52,995 nucleotides of DNA, from positions 1 to 52,995 of the forward strand of contig JAGDXE010000021.1 in NCBI GenBank assembly GCA_023256375.1. Direction: 5' to 3'. The DNA is from Thermoproteati archaeon (GTDB lineage Archaea; Thermoproteota; Thermoprotei_A; Marsarchaeales; UBA168). Position numbers and translations under genes: made by a program. Positions within the stretch are counted from its first letter, which is position 1; every line of letters begins with the position of its first letter. Positions 28,415-38,535 of the stretch are shown in pieces. The notes beneath the pieces were generated by a model that did no database searches, was not told the origin of the DNA, and saw only the letters and a list, made by a program, of their open reading frames with translations.

Positions 28415-29506
28415 TTGGTGAACTGGGACCCAGTTGGGGGCCCGCTGTCCGTAGGAGCGGCTTTAGGCGGCCAGAAAAAGAAAGTATTGGTTTCTGGGAA
28501 TAGTCAAATCGCTAGTACGATTTTAAGTGGTATATCCTTATCAGGCGGTTACGCTTTTCAATGGCCCGCCGATTTACCTAGTTCGTTAGCTTCTTTTGCG
28601 TGCAATTATTTTAAGTTTGATGCTTGTGCAATTTGCAGAGGGGATTCTGTAGAGATCCTGGTCAATGGAAGGGCACCGGCTCCGACTTTTATGAATGCGT
28701 TGGGTTCTGTCGACCTTTCGTCATTTTCATGGGATAATAGTTCGGAGCGCGGATGGTTTAGTATGTCGTCGAAACCATACTTGGACGCGTTGACTGACTT
28801 TTTTTCTTGGGCGCCTTTGCACGGCCGCTCCATATCGCTATTAGATGAAGGTAATTCTTTAGAGTCTCAGCTAACTATAGAGTTCCTTAAGAGGCTAGGG
28901 GCTGACGCAGTATCGGCTAGTTTTGCGACAAGCGATTTTTTAGGTTTCGAGGGAGGCCGTCCCTTTCGCATGAAGGATAGCCAAAAAATTAATCCTTGGT
29001 CAGCAGTTCTTGGGTATTTTGGAATGATAAAGAACGGCGTCGTCGCTATAAGTATGGATGCTCCTGCGAATTTTGAAGAGGAGATCGAAGAAGAGGGCGG
29101 GAGGGCTATAAGGCTAGGCTTGGAGCTGAACGATATGTCGGCTGGCAATGAAGCGTTCGAGGCTGGCGTAACTTCCAAAGGTGATTGGATTTTTCCGTTG
29201 ATTCACCGCTGGAAAGAGAACGTTGGCGCAATGGTGGCGTTTGCGTTTGCACATAACCACGAGTTCAAACCTTTACCCTCTTTTTCTAAAGAGATTAACG
29301 CATCTAAAGTAGACGTAACAAAATTAGGATGGCCCGCGTCATCTGGATGGGGATGGGTTGCTTTTAGAAATGAAATTGACGGCTATTGGGCAACCTTACA
29401 ATTGCGGGGCGAGACGGTTGTAATTAAGGTAGAGGGAAATGATCGGTCTGGCGTTAAAAATGAGCTCGAGCTCCTCGAAGATAAGATTAGGGTTACCGCG
29501 GATTAG
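28415..29506 (+). CDS. Divergent phosphohexomutase (PMM/PGM)-fold protein lacking catalytic motifs
   Basis: Weak resemblance to PMM domains (GVTSKGDWIFP vs GGEESG..IFP; C-terminal W...R...V.I.VEG); adjacent to a sugar nucleotidyltransferase. Start uncertain. Confidence 0.5.
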   Translation: MVNWDPVGGPLSVGAALGGQKKKVLVSGNSQIASTILSGISLSGGYAFQWPADLPSSLASFACNYFKFDACAICRGDSVEILVNGRAPAPTFMNALGSVDLSSFSWDNSSERGWFSMSSKPYLDALTDFFSWAPLHGRSISLLDEGNSLESQLTIEFLKRLGADAVSASFATSDFLGFEGGRPFRMKDSQKINPWSAVLGYFGMIKNGVVAISMDAPANFEEEIEEEGGRAIRLGLELNDMSAGNEAFEAGVTSKGDWIFPLIHRWKENVGAMVAFAFAHNHEFKPLPSFSKEINASKVDVTKLGWPASSGWGWVAFRNEIDGYWATLQLRGETVVIKVEGNDRSGVKNELELLEDKIRVTAD

Positions 29507-29542
29507 CGTTCGACTTATAGCTTATTGATTTATTAGCAAGAA

Positions 29543-30622
29543 ATGCAAGGGGCTATTTTGGCCGGTGGGCTGGGGAAGAGGCTAAGGCCGCTCAGTGAAA
29601 TTGTCCCAAAGCCACTTCTTTTTGTTGGCGGGAAGCCAATGCTTGATCACGCTTTGTCCGCGTTTGAAGCGCTGGGGCTTCGTGAAGTAGCAATTGTCGC
29701 ATCGCCTTTCACTCGCGAAGCAATCACGTCTCACCTCAATAATGTAGATAACAATATCGACATACGCGTCCTCTTACAGGAAAAGCCGCTTGGCACGGCT
29801 GACGCAGTATCGGTCTTAGAGAATTTTGTTGATGATGAAGTTTTGGTGGTTTCTTCCGATGTGACTCTTAACGTTCCTGCGATGGTTAGCCTAGTTAAGT
29901 TTCACCGCGAGAAAAGCCCACTTGCTAGCATCTTAGGAGTAAAGGTTAAGGATCCTAGCAAGTACGGCGTGCTTCTGGTCAATGGCGCTACTTTGACTGG
30001 GGTGGTCGAAAAACCAAAAGAATTTTTAGGAGACCTGGTAAATTCGGGCATATACGTACTTTCAAAGTACGCTGTGGCCAGTGCTAAAGATAGCCCAATC
30101 AGCGTAAGAGGAGAAAAGGAGATCACCGATACCTTTGTATCTCTATCAAAGTCTGGCCTAGTAATGGTTTTACCCGATAATGGGTCGTGGTGGCATGACG
30201 TAGGAGATTTTCGCAATTTACTCATGGCAAATCAATACTACCTCGAATTTGGGCTAGATCAGAAGGGATACGTGCGCGGGGGAGACATTAAGCGCGTAGG
30301 AAAGGGAACCATAATTGGGCCATCTTTTGTAGCTGACGCCGACCTTATTGAAGGAGAAGTCGGCCCTTATGCATCTTTAGACTCAGGAGCTAAGATTGGT
30401 TTTGGTTGCCATGTGCGGAATACAGTAATGATGCAAGGGTCAGGAGTTTTGCCAGCATATTCCGTGAGGAACGCAATTTTAGCGCCCGGAGCATTGGCTA
30501 CAAGCGAAGTTCATGGGACTCAAGAAGCTCCTGCATTGATCATGCCCAGCGGGTCAAAGATCCGACAACGTATGCTTCTTTTTACGAAGGCTGGTAGATT
30601 AGCTTTCATTAGAAAGATTTAA
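29543..30622 (+). CDS. Sugar-phosphate nucleotidyltransferase with C-terminal hexapeptide-like repeats
   Basis: ILAGGLGKRLRPL...PKPL, LGTADAV, YGV, VEKP, RGEKEITD, WHDVG. Confidence 0.9.
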   Translation: MQGAILAGGLGKRLRPLSEIVPKPLLFVGGKPMLDHALSAFEALGLREVAIVASPFTREAITSHLNNVDNNIDIRVLLQEKPLGTADAVSVLENFVDDEVLVVSSDVTLNVPAMVSLVKFHREKSPLASILGVKVKDPSKYGVLLVNGATLTGVVEKPKEFLGDLVNSGIYVLSKYAVASAKDSPISVRGEKEITDTFVSLSKSGLVMVLPDNGSWWHDVGDFRNLLMANQYYLEFGLDQKGYVRGGDIKRVGKGTIIGPSFVADADLIEGEVGPYASLDSGAKIGFGCHVRNTVMMQGSGVLPAYSVRNAILAPGALATSEVHGTQEAPALIMPSGSKIRQRMLLFTKAGRLAFIRKI

Positions 30623-30646
30623 AAGGACTATAAGATTTTACTCGAA

Positions 30647-31414
30647 GTGGTATCAAACGCGGGTTGGAATGGCATACACTTCGACATGAAAACGGTCATA
30701 CCGCCTTGGATAATCGGCGTTTACGTTCTCATTATAGTAGCCCTTTTAATTTATGGCTGGCGCAAACACCTCCTTTCTTCCTATAGGACAGTTGATTACG
30801 TGTATATGGGGTTGCTGGCCGCCCTTTTAGTGATATGGAATTTCTTCATATCTCCATTAATACCGAAGTTTAGCGCTGTGACTTCATGGTTCTATTATCC
30901 AGATATTGGTGAAATAATTATATTATTGTTAGCCGCCTCGTTAATAGGCAAGCCAGGTACGGTTATGACTACGATGTTCATTTATACGCTTTTATCTGAT
31001 ATATTTCACTATGGCTTTGGTGGTGAACCGTTCTGGTTCATATACGAGCTTATAGCGTACGCAGCCATGCTGGACCTTTACTTACTGTTAAGAGGTAAAT
31101 ACTTCGGGACTAATAACCAATCAGTAGGAAAAAAGAAAGTCTCAGGAGAAGGCGGGGCAGTAGAAACAGAGGATAAATTAGTAACGATTCCAGGGCTATT
31201 TATACTAGATAGCGTTATAGGAGGCGTTGTAGTGGCGCTAGCGTACCCCTTGTTTTACCATGGCTTCTTTGCTACATTCGTAGAAGGTTATAGCTATACG
31301 ACTCAATACGTTATAGCGAACAGCTTAGTAAGCGCTGTCGGCGGCATTATAATGGGTTTAATAGCTGCTCCTTTTGTAGCTTATATAAGAAAGGTAATAA
31401 CTGGCGTATACTAA
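30647..31414 (+). CDS. Integral membrane protein, probable ECF transporter substrate-specific (S) component
   Basis: Multiple hydrophobic helices, LIGKPG motif; near the ECF ATPase and T genes. Confidence 0.55.
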   Translation: MVSNAGWNGIHFDMKTVIPPWIIGVYVLIIVALLIYGWRKHLLSSYRTVDYVYMGLLAALLVIWNFFISPLIPKFSAVTSWFYYPDIGEIIILLLAASLIGKPGTVMTTMFIYTLLSDIFHYGFGGEPFWFIYELIAYAAMLDLYLLLRGKYFGTNNQSVGKKKVSGEGGAVETEDKLVTIPGLFILDSVIGGVVVALAYPLFYHGFFATFVEGYSYTTQYVIANSLVSAVGGIIMGLIAAPFVAYIRKVITGVY

Positions 31415-31451
31415 AAATTAATTTTATTTTTTAACTTTATAATCTTCTATC

Positions 31452-31690
31452 GCAAGAAAGCTCCGAATTTTAGGGCGGAAAGTATGTCAGAAGGGGGAAA
31501 TCGCTTTTTTGCAAGCGGTGCCTGCGGTCTCGCAATAAATAGGGATTTGAATATCATAGTGAGTATGGTAATTCGGCCTAGTCAAATTAGGGAATTCCAG
31601 ACAGCCTCGCGGAATGCAAATACTGGCAACTGCTCGCCTATAAAGGGGGAGGTGCCCAAGCCTCGGGTTGAAGCCCTAAGGGGTTGTCCG
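31452..31690 (+). mobile_element. tnpB: IS605-family remnant: right-end motif plus degenerate tnpB C-terminal zinc-ribbon fragment
   Basis: GCAAGAAAGCTCCGA...TTTAGG...ATGTCAG (the 15-mer is also inverted at 11227-11241). The following frame reads RFFASGACGLAINRDLN, resembling TnpB R.F.C..CG...DRD.NAA. Confidence 0.65.
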
Positions 31691-31763
31691 CAGAATTAAA
31701 TGTAAATTCAATTACGTTATCAACATTTAAATAAATTTTAATCTGTTAAAATTAGGCACTCCC

Positions 31764-32201
31764 TTAAGTTGGCTGCCAGTTTTGGGCTAATATGCCTTCT
31801 CTCTTATAATATTTTGTAAGCCGTCTAATCTTTGAATCTGTTCTGACCAAGCCTTTTTTAGAATCGTTATCTTTTGGGTGTTGCTCGAGGTGGTCTTGTA
31901 TTCTTTGTCTTTTCTTTAAAAGATTTCCAAGGTCTTCAGGTACTGGCTCTTTTTCACCCTCTTGTCTCAAGATTTCTGTTATAGATTTGCCCAAGATCCT
32001 TTTTATGGATGGCACCCCTTCATCATCTCTTAGATTTTGGCCTATCAGTGCTTTTGCGAGGCCCTCTTTCCTCATTGATAATATTTTTTCAGTTAATTCC
32101 TGAGGTGTTATTGGGATACCCTCTACTTTCTGCGCTTGGCCCAACGGGCGCATGGACTGAGATTTTCCTTTTCTATGATTCTTTTTCAATGTACGGGTCA
32201 T
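31764..32201 (-). CDS. rps15: 30S ribosomal protein uS15
   Basis: KGKSQSMRP, IG..LRD, PEDL.NL, HL..HPKD..SKKGL, IRRL.KYYK. Confidence 0.97.
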   Translation of the reverse strand: MTRTLKKNHRKGKSQSMRPLGQAQKVEGIPITPQELTEKILSMRKEGLAKALIGQNLRDDEGVPSIKRILGKSITEILRQEGEKEPVPEDLGNLLKKRQRIQDHLEQHPKDNDSKKGLVRTDSKIRRLTKYYKREGILAQNWQPT

Positions 32202-32359
32202 AAGGTAAATCTCTTTTAACCCTTTCGATTTGTTTCCCGTTCGCCATGCGCAAGGTAGATGAAGTCTAACCGCAAAACGGGGATGCTTATAGCCAAAAAG
32301 ATTTTATAGCTAGTTAAATCTAATATTTTATTCGTTAACTTAAAAGTCTTTTAAGCTGA

Positions 32360-33439
32360 ATGAAACTTCTAAGCGTAATGGCTGCCCCTGCCCACAGTTT
32401 TTTAGATCAGGTAGTTGAGCACGGTGAGCTCAGTATAGTATCCGCGCCTTCATTAGATGCCATTATGGCTTCGTCCATGTTGATGTATTTCGGGGCTACC
32501 AGCGAGCTTCGGGTATCCTTGAAAATTTTAACTGATTTAAAATCGCAGCTTGCTGGCGAAAAAGACGCCTTAACCGTGGCTATAGGCACTGGTTATCCTA
32601 CTTATGATGTTACTGGAAGTTTATATTTCATCGATTACGCGCCGGCCTTTTGTCCGTCTGATAAATGCACTCAGGTGGTTGGGAGTTTATCGAGGTATAC
32701 GTTAGGTTTGCTTGGGCTTGGTTCTAGTTTTTTTGTTGATGTAGCAGAAATGGACCCCCTCCTAGTAGCGCCCAATTTCCTCTTACCAGCAGATGTTTTA
32801 CCCATTGATATATATTCGATGATATTGCCTCCCATTCCTAGGGTAACTGGAAATAAAGAGATTTTATCATCAAAAATTATAATCGACGGCGAATCACTAG
32901 AAGGGCTTCTAGGTGCAGCTTCGAGAGCTGGTTTTTCCTATAAGACGAAGGTAGGCGCGCGGAAAGCGGCGTTTTATTCCGCTTCATCGATACAACAAGA
33001 AATCTTTAGGGATCCTGCTGAGGCTGTTTCTCAGTCCCTTTATTTGCTAAGCGGAAAAGAATTAAGTTTTGGGGCAGACGAAGAGCTGCTTTCAGCTTTA
33101 GCTGAGTTCTTCTCGGAATCTGACGACTGGCTTATAATTCGCTCACAAAGCGGTACAATAATATTGCTTACAAGAACGCTGGATAAGCGCTTTTCGTTAG
33201 GACCAGCAATACCAGTTTTTTCAGCATTAGATAACGCGAATTTGCCACTTTTCGTTTTTGAACCGCTGTCTGACGAGTTAACTAAGGTATGGGGTATTGG
33301 AACTAATAATTTAAGAGGCGATCTCTTAAATACGGTTAAGGCTTTGAACGGTGTAGCTTATTACTCCGGCCGGCTATTCGTAGCCGAATTCCCAATTGGT
33401 GCGGTGGATTTAGCGAACTACTTCGATAAGAAGGACTGA
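32360..33439 (+). CDS. Hypothetical protein, possibly a degenerate DHH/RecJ-family homolog
   Basis: N-terminal IVSAPSLDAIMASSML resembles DHH motif I (SHxDxDG..AA); adjacent to rps15, the usual neighbour of the archaeal DHH gene. Confidence 0.45.
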   Translation: MKLLSVMAAPAHSFLDQVVEHGELSIVSAPSLDAIMASSMLMYFGATSELRVSLKILTDLKSQLAGEKDALTVAIGTGYPTYDVTGSLYFIDYAPAFCPSDKCTQVVGSLSRYTLGLLGLGSSFFVDVAEMDPLLVAPNFLLPADVLPIDIYSMILPPIPRVTGNKEILSSKIIIDGESLEGLLGAASRAGFSYKTKVGARKAAFYSASSIQQEIFRDPAEAVSQSLYLLSGKELSFGADEELLSALAEFFSESDDWLIIRSQSGTIILLTRTLDKRFSLGPAIPVFSALDNANLPLFVFEPLSDELTKVWGIGTNNLRGDLLNTVKALNGVAYYSGRLFVAEFPIGAVDLANYFDKKD

Positions 33440-33712
33440 ATCAACCCTTACGGACTTTTGCGTTTATAGTGGCGTTCGCGGTACCCCGCTTTGGGTGTTT
33501 ACGCACCCGTGGCCATGTTTCCCGTTAAGCCATGACTTATCTAACTTGTACGGACATATTTGCGTTTCTTTTAAGGTAGCATCTTCAGGTACCGTTCCTT
33601 TCCTTATTTTATTGTTCGCTTACTGGATGAGTTTTGAGGTCGCCAAGAACTAAATTTCTTGTTGACTTGTTTTCACGAATGTTTTTAAGGGGCTTTATGT
33701 TTTATGCCGTAG

Positions 33713-35473
33713 ATGGCGCGTGCTTTAGATGTAAAAAATTTGTCTATATGGTATAATCTTGGCGGAGAGCCTGCCATTCACGATATAAATCTTACTGTTG
33801 ATGAAGGAGAGTTCGTACTTTTAGTGGGTAGAACGGGATCTGGAAAATCTACTCTTTTAAATTCTATAAACGGGGTTATCCCTAACGTAATAAGGGCTAA
33901 GGTACAAGGAAGCGTTAAAGTATTCGGTAAAGAAACTAAGATAACTCAATTAAAGGATTTGAGTACATTAGTTGGTACGGTTTACCAGACACCTGAGGAT
34001 CAGATATTTTCTTTGGTAGTGGAAGACGACGTAGCCTTCGGGCCAGAAAATCTGGCTTTATCGTCCAGTGAGATCAAAGATAGAGTTGATCAATCTATTG
34101 AGCTCGTTGGTTTACAAAGCAAGAAGAGATTTCCTACTTTTTTACTTTCAGGGGGGCAAAAACAGAGACTGGTTATAGCGGACGCGTTAGCCATGAGGCC
34201 AAAAATGCTCATTTTAGATGAACCAACTAGCATGTTAGACTCCCTTGGAACCGCGGAGGTTTTTTCAACGCTAAAGAAGCTGAGGGATGAGTTCGGCATG
34301 ACCATAATAATGGCGGAGCACAAGGTAGAAAGGGTCCTGGGTCTGGTTGACCGCCTGGTCCTAATCAATGATAAGAGCATAGCCATAGATAAGCCGATAA
34401 GAGAAGCCTTATTAGACGACCTCAACAAGTACGGGATAGAAGAGCCTCAAGTATCTTACGTTTATAAGTTGATCGGGGGAAGAAAGAGCGCCCCCATAAC
34501 GGTTCAGGAATTTTTAGATTATGAGAAAGAATTTGTTGAGCATTTTAAGGGAAGTAAGCTTGACGTACCTCAGGAAGCGGCTTCAAGGGGAAAGGTCGCT
34601 GTAGAGTTCGACGGCGTTTCGTTTATGTATGAAAGGTCTAAGGATTGGGTCTTTAAAAACATTGATTTTAACTTGTATGAAGGCGAGTTTGTATCATTAG
34701 TCGGACCGAACGGATCGGGAAAAACTACTGCTTTACGGCTTATCTCTGGTCTGCAGAAACCGAGCAAGGGCCAGATAAGAATTTTGGGCCGCCCAATTGA
34801 TTCGATAAATAGAAGGGAGTTATCTGGTTTAGTCGGTTACGTATTTCAGGACCCAGATCAAATGCTGTTTAACACGAACGTGTTGAGCGAGGTCGAGTTT
34901 ACTCCTAGGCTCAGGGGGCTAAATTCTTCAGAAGCCGAAAAGAAAGCGCTGGACGTGCTTTCTTTATTTGGGTTGGCGGGGTACAAATCTGAGAACCCGC
35001 ATAGGCTAAGCGTCGGCCAGAGGAGATTGCTATCTATAGCCAGCGTGCTTGTAAATGAACCAAAAATATTACTTCTAGACGAACCGACTAGAGGTCTCGA
35101 TTGGGAAACTGGTGAAGACGTATTAAACTTTGTTAAAAAACTCGTTAAGGAAAGAAATATGGCGGTAATAGCGGTGTCGCATAATATGAAGCAGGCCGCG
35201 GATCACAGCGATAGAGTCATAGCATTTTATAATGGCGGAATAGTCGCAAACGGCGATCCTAGGTCCGTTTTTTCGCAAGCTGAGGCGCACCCCGAGTGGT
35301 CCTTGGTCCCACCCCAGATTTTCCAATTAACTTATAGCTTGGGCATGGTACCCCCTGCAATTAGGATCAGCGAGATGAAGGCGTTAATAAGTTCTTACGT
35401 TGAGTCGACCTCTGAATTGAAGCGAGACATAAAATGCCTGGGGCAAATCCTATTAGGGCTAAAATATTGTTAG
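33713..35473 (+). CDS. ECF transporter ATPase with two fused ABC domains
   Basis: Two Walker A motifs (GRTGSGKS, GPNGSGKT), Q.PEDQ / QDPDQM, LSGGQKQR, LDEPT twice. Confidence 0.93.
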   Translation: MARALDVKNLSIWYNLGGEPAIHDINLTVDEGEFVLLVGRTGSGKSTLLNSINGVIPNVIRAKVQGSVKVFGKETKITQLKDLSTLVGTVYQTPEDQIFSLVVEDDVAFGPENLALSSSEIKDRVDQSIELVGLQSKKRFPTFLLSGGQKQRLVIADALAMRPKMLILDEPTSMLDSLGTAEVFSTLKKLRDEFGMTIIMAEHKVERVLGLVDRLVLINDKSIAIDKPIREALLDDLNKYGIEEPQVSYVYKLIGGRKSAPITVQEFLDYEKEFVEHFKGSKLDVPQEAASRGKVAVEFDGVSFMYERSKDWVFKNIDFNLYEGEFVSLVGPNGSGKTTALRLISGLQKPSKGQIRILGRPIDSINRRELSGLVGYVFQDPDQMLFNTNVLSEVEFTPRLRGLNSSEAEKKALDVLSLFGLAGYKSENPHRLSVGQRRLLSIASVLVNEPKILLLDEPTRGLDWETGEDVLNFVKKLVKERNMAVIAVSHNMKQAADHSDRVIAFYNGGIVANGDPRSVFSQAEAHPEWSLVPPQIFQLTYSLGMVPPAIRISEMKALISSYVESTSELKRDIKCLGQILLGLKYC

Positions 35474-35552
35474 TTGGTGGAAATTTGAGGGAGCAGTTAA
35501 GCGCTTCAGGCTTAACTGAGTACGTCACGGGTATTCAGGAGGTAAAACAGTA

Positions 35553-36521
35553 TTGAATATAGTATTTTTATGGATTGCAGCAATACTGTTGATAACCATG
35601 GGGCCATTGCTCACAATTTATTTGATCTGGAAGGTCATAGGCTTCAGGGGTTATATGTCTCTTTTTCAGTTTATAGAAGGAAAGTCATTTCTTTATCGCC
35701 TTGATCCCAGGATAAAAATACTTTTGGCTATTATAATAACTACGGTATCGGCATTTACGATATGGTGGATTTCGGCGATCTTCCTATTAGCCATGCTTTC
35801 GCTTTACTTTTTTACTGTGAATCCTTCCTCTAAGTACAGGATCGTATTGCCGCTAACTCTAGCTACATTTTTGGGGACCGCTTGGGAAGAGGCATTATTT
35901 ACAAACCCATCGTTACTAACAGAATTATTTGGTATTGATACTTTTATTGTACCGTTTCCCGTCCAATTTCAAATAATAGGGGCTTATGGTCTTTCAGCAC
36001 AGGGTTTCTTCTACGGCCTCCAGATAGCATTTAGGGCAGCAGCCGCGATAGCCGCAGGGTTTCTTTTGGTTTTTACTAGTTCTCCAGCAGACATTTTACG
36101 GTCTTTAGAAAAGTCCAAGGTGCCCGTCGAGTTGGGCTTTGCGCTCGTAGTCGCCGTAATAGCCATACCAAAAATTCTAGAGAGCGCAATGACTATATTG
36201 GATGCTATGAGAGTTAGAGGTTTCGACTTTGGTCCAGCTCATAGTAAGGATCCGCGTGTAATCCTTTCAAAATTCTTTCAGCAGATTAAGGCCGTATTAA
36301 TGGCTACAGCCTCGATAATAATATGGACTCTGAAAGGGGCTCAGAACATTGCAGTATCCGCAGATTTAAGGGGTTTTAGGGCGAATAAAACGAGGACTTA
36401 TTATCATGAATTATATTTCCATAGGATCGATTGGATATCATTTGCCCTTTTAATTATAATATTTGCGGTTGGAGTATATCTATCAGGAATAGGATACGGC
36501 CCCCTGGCTTATAATCCCTAA
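35553..36521 (+). CDS. ecfT: ECF transporter transmembrane component T
   Basis: LYRLDPRIK, AMRVRG and ADLRGF conserved Arg motifs. Confidence 0.9.
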   Translation: MNIVFLWIAAILLITMGPLLTIYLIWKVIGFRGYMSLFQFIEGKSFLYRLDPRIKILLAIIITTVSAFTIWWISAIFLLAMLSLYFFTVNPSSKYRIVLPLTLATFLGTAWEEALFTNPSLLTELFGIDTFIVPFPVQFQIIGAYGLSAQGFFYGLQIAFRAAAAIAAGFLLVFTSSPADILRSLEKSKVPVELGFALVVAVIAIPKILESAMTILDAMRVRGFDFGPAHSKDPRVILSKFFQQIKAVLMATASIIIWTLKGAQNIAVSADLRGFRANKTRTYYHELYFHRIDWISFALLIIIFAVGVYLSGIGYGPLAYNP

Positions 36522-36525
36522 AAAA

Positions 36526-37119
36526 TTATTTCTTAGAAGGGTAATCTTTCTTCTTCCACGCTTCCCTTTTTCTAAATCCATCTCTTCTGCCCTTATTTTT
36601 AAGGCCTCTGCTCCTCCTCCCAGAGGGAGTTAATCCTCTGAATACCCTACTTCTCTGCGAGGGGTGGGCTATCCAGTTTAGTTCGCTGTCGGCCAATATA
36701 GAAGGATTATGTGGATCTACAAGGATAACTTCATACCACTTATGTTTTCCGTCCTCACCAACAAAATAACTCCCTAGCACCTCCAGACCGGGATAGCGCT
36801 CTGCTGCTTTTCTTTCAGATAGCGTTTGGCCATTTACGTTGTATTTTATTAGGCTGATACCCATATTTCTGGGTCTTCTTCCCGCCCTCGGCCTAGGTAC
36901 GAAGAAACCTCCTTTCTTTACAACGGACCTTACTACAATAATACCGGGTTTTGCTTTGTATCCAAGCTCTCTGGCCCTGTCAAGCCTTGTTGGCCTTTCC
37001 AATTTGACTACGTTAGCATTATTCCTCCAATCGACCAATTTTTGCTTGTAAAATGGTTTGAGATCTCCTCTCATCTCCCTTTGGAACGTTTCTGCCCTGA
37101 GGCTAATTATGCTAGGCAT
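36526..37119 (-). CDS. rpl15e: 50S ribosomal protein eL15
   Basis: ERPTRLDRARELGYKAK, YEVILVDP, FRGLTPSG. Confidence 0.98.
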   Translation of the reverse strand: MPSIISLRAETFQREMRGDLKPFYKQKLVDWRNNANVVKLERPTRLDRARELGYKAKPGIIVVRSVVKKGGFFVPRPRAGRRPRNMGISLIKYNVNGQTLSERKAAERYPGLEVLGSYFVGEDGKHKWYEVILVDPHNPSILADSELNWIAHPSQRSRVFRGLTPSGRRSRGLKNKGRRDGFRKREAWKKKDYPSKK

Positions 37120-37247
37120 AATCTTTTCATTAAAAAAGTTATAAGCTTATGGTTGTTTGGTCACTTTTCTAGAGGCGACTTCTACCTGTTTCAAGGTAAA
37201 AACGATAACGATCTAAGCCCATACTTTTAAGCCGTGGGACAAGATTA

Positions 37248-38447
37248 ATGGTAATGCTCGTCGGAGTAGTTGGTAAAACAAACGTGGGCAAGTCTACATT
37301 TTTTAAAGCGGCCACCATGATGCAAGTCGCCATAGACGACGTACCTTTTACTACGATAAAGCCAAATAGAGGTATGGCCTCTGTCCGCACCCCGTGCGTA
37401 TGTAGGGAATTAGGAGTAAAGGATGAACCGCGTAACTCGAAATGCATTGGCGGGAATAGGTTCATACCATTCGAAATGCTAGATGTTGCTGGCCTAGTAA
37501 AAGGGGCCTGGAAAGGCAGGGGCCTCGGAAATCAGTTCCTAGATGATCTAAGACAGGCGGATGCAATGATACACGTAGTGGACGCTGCTGGGAGTACCGA
37601 TGAAGACGGTAATAGGATCTCTCCGGGTCTCAGAAATCCATTAGAGGATGTAGAAGAGATTCAGGAGGAGATAACCCGTTGGATAGAATCGATAATGAAG
37701 AGAGATTGGGAAAAAAGTGTAAGGACGTCCGAAACTACCCGCGGTGATCCTGTAAATGTGCTCTCCGAAAAGCTTGCTGGATTATCAATTAGTCGCGCTG
37801 AAGTGCAAGCGGCTTTGGATAAATCTGGATTAGAAGGTTCAAGGCTGTCTTCTTGGAGGGATGAGGAAATCATGGCTTTTGCCGAGCAGATTTACGAGCT
37901 GAAACCGAAGGTTATAGCGGCTAATAAAGCCGATTTAAAAGAAGCGGAGAGAAACATAGAAGATATGAAGAAATCTTTGGGAATACCAGTGATTCCAACA
38001 ATAGCAGAAGCTGAAGTCGCGCTCAGGCTAGCGGCCGAGAAAAATCTTATCGAGTATTTACCTGGGGATGAGTCTTTTAAGGTTAAGGCAGGTGCCGTAT
38101 TAAATTCTGCTCAAGAGGATGCGCTAAAAAGAATAGACACCATATTGAAGAAATGGGGTAGCACGGGGGTCCAAGCCGCAATAAATGAAGTCGTCCTGAA
38201 TCAGTACGGGGCAATAGTGGTTTACCCCGTTGAAGACGCAAATAAATTCTCTGACTCTAAAGGAAGGGTATTACCAGACGCTTATTTGGTAAAATCAACG
38301 ACGACGCCCAAAGAATTGGCATTTAAAATACATAGTGAAATAGGTGAAGGCTATTTGTACGCAGTAGATGCCGTAACCAAGCAGAGATTACCAGAAGATC
38401 GGCCCTTAAAAAATAGGTCAGTAGTGAAAATAGTTTCAACTAAATGA
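37248..38447 (+). CDS. ychF: Obg-family GTPase/ATPase, archaeal YchF-like, with TGS domain
   Basis: GKTNVGKST, PFTTI.PN, DVAGLV.GA..GRGLGNQFL, NKAD. Confidence 0.92.
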   Translation: MVMLVGVVGKTNVGKSTFFKAATMMQVAIDDVPFTTIKPNRGMASVRTPCVCRELGVKDEPRNSKCIGGNRFIPFEMLDVAGLVKGAWKGRGLGNQFLDDLRQADAMIHVVDAAGSTDEDGNRISPGLRNPLEDVEEIQEEITRWIESIMKRDWEKSVRTSETTRGDPVNVLSEKLAGLSISRAEVQAALDKSGLEGSRLSSWRDEEIMAFAEQIYELKPKVIAANKADLKEAERNIEDMKKSLGIPVIPTIAEAEVALRLAAEKNLIEYLPGDESFKVKAGAVLNSAQEDALKRIDTILKKWGSTGVQAAINEVVLNQYGAIVVYPVEDANKFSDSKGRVLPDAYLVKSTTTPKELAFKIHSEIGEGYLYAVDAVTKQRLPEDRPLKNRSVVKIVSTK

Positions 38448-38535
38448 TTAATTCTTGTTATTATGATTTATATATATTCATAATATAATTCGCGATATCC
38501 TTATATTGAAGCTAGAAAATATAAAATGAGAGAAA

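Noticed and set aside
35494-35518. 9-bp hairpin CAGTTAAGC/GCTTAACTG between the ECF ATPase and ecfT as another BHB intron
   Set aside because: Flanks cannot form the 4-bp central helix with two 3-nt bulges, and both neighbouring genes are complete.
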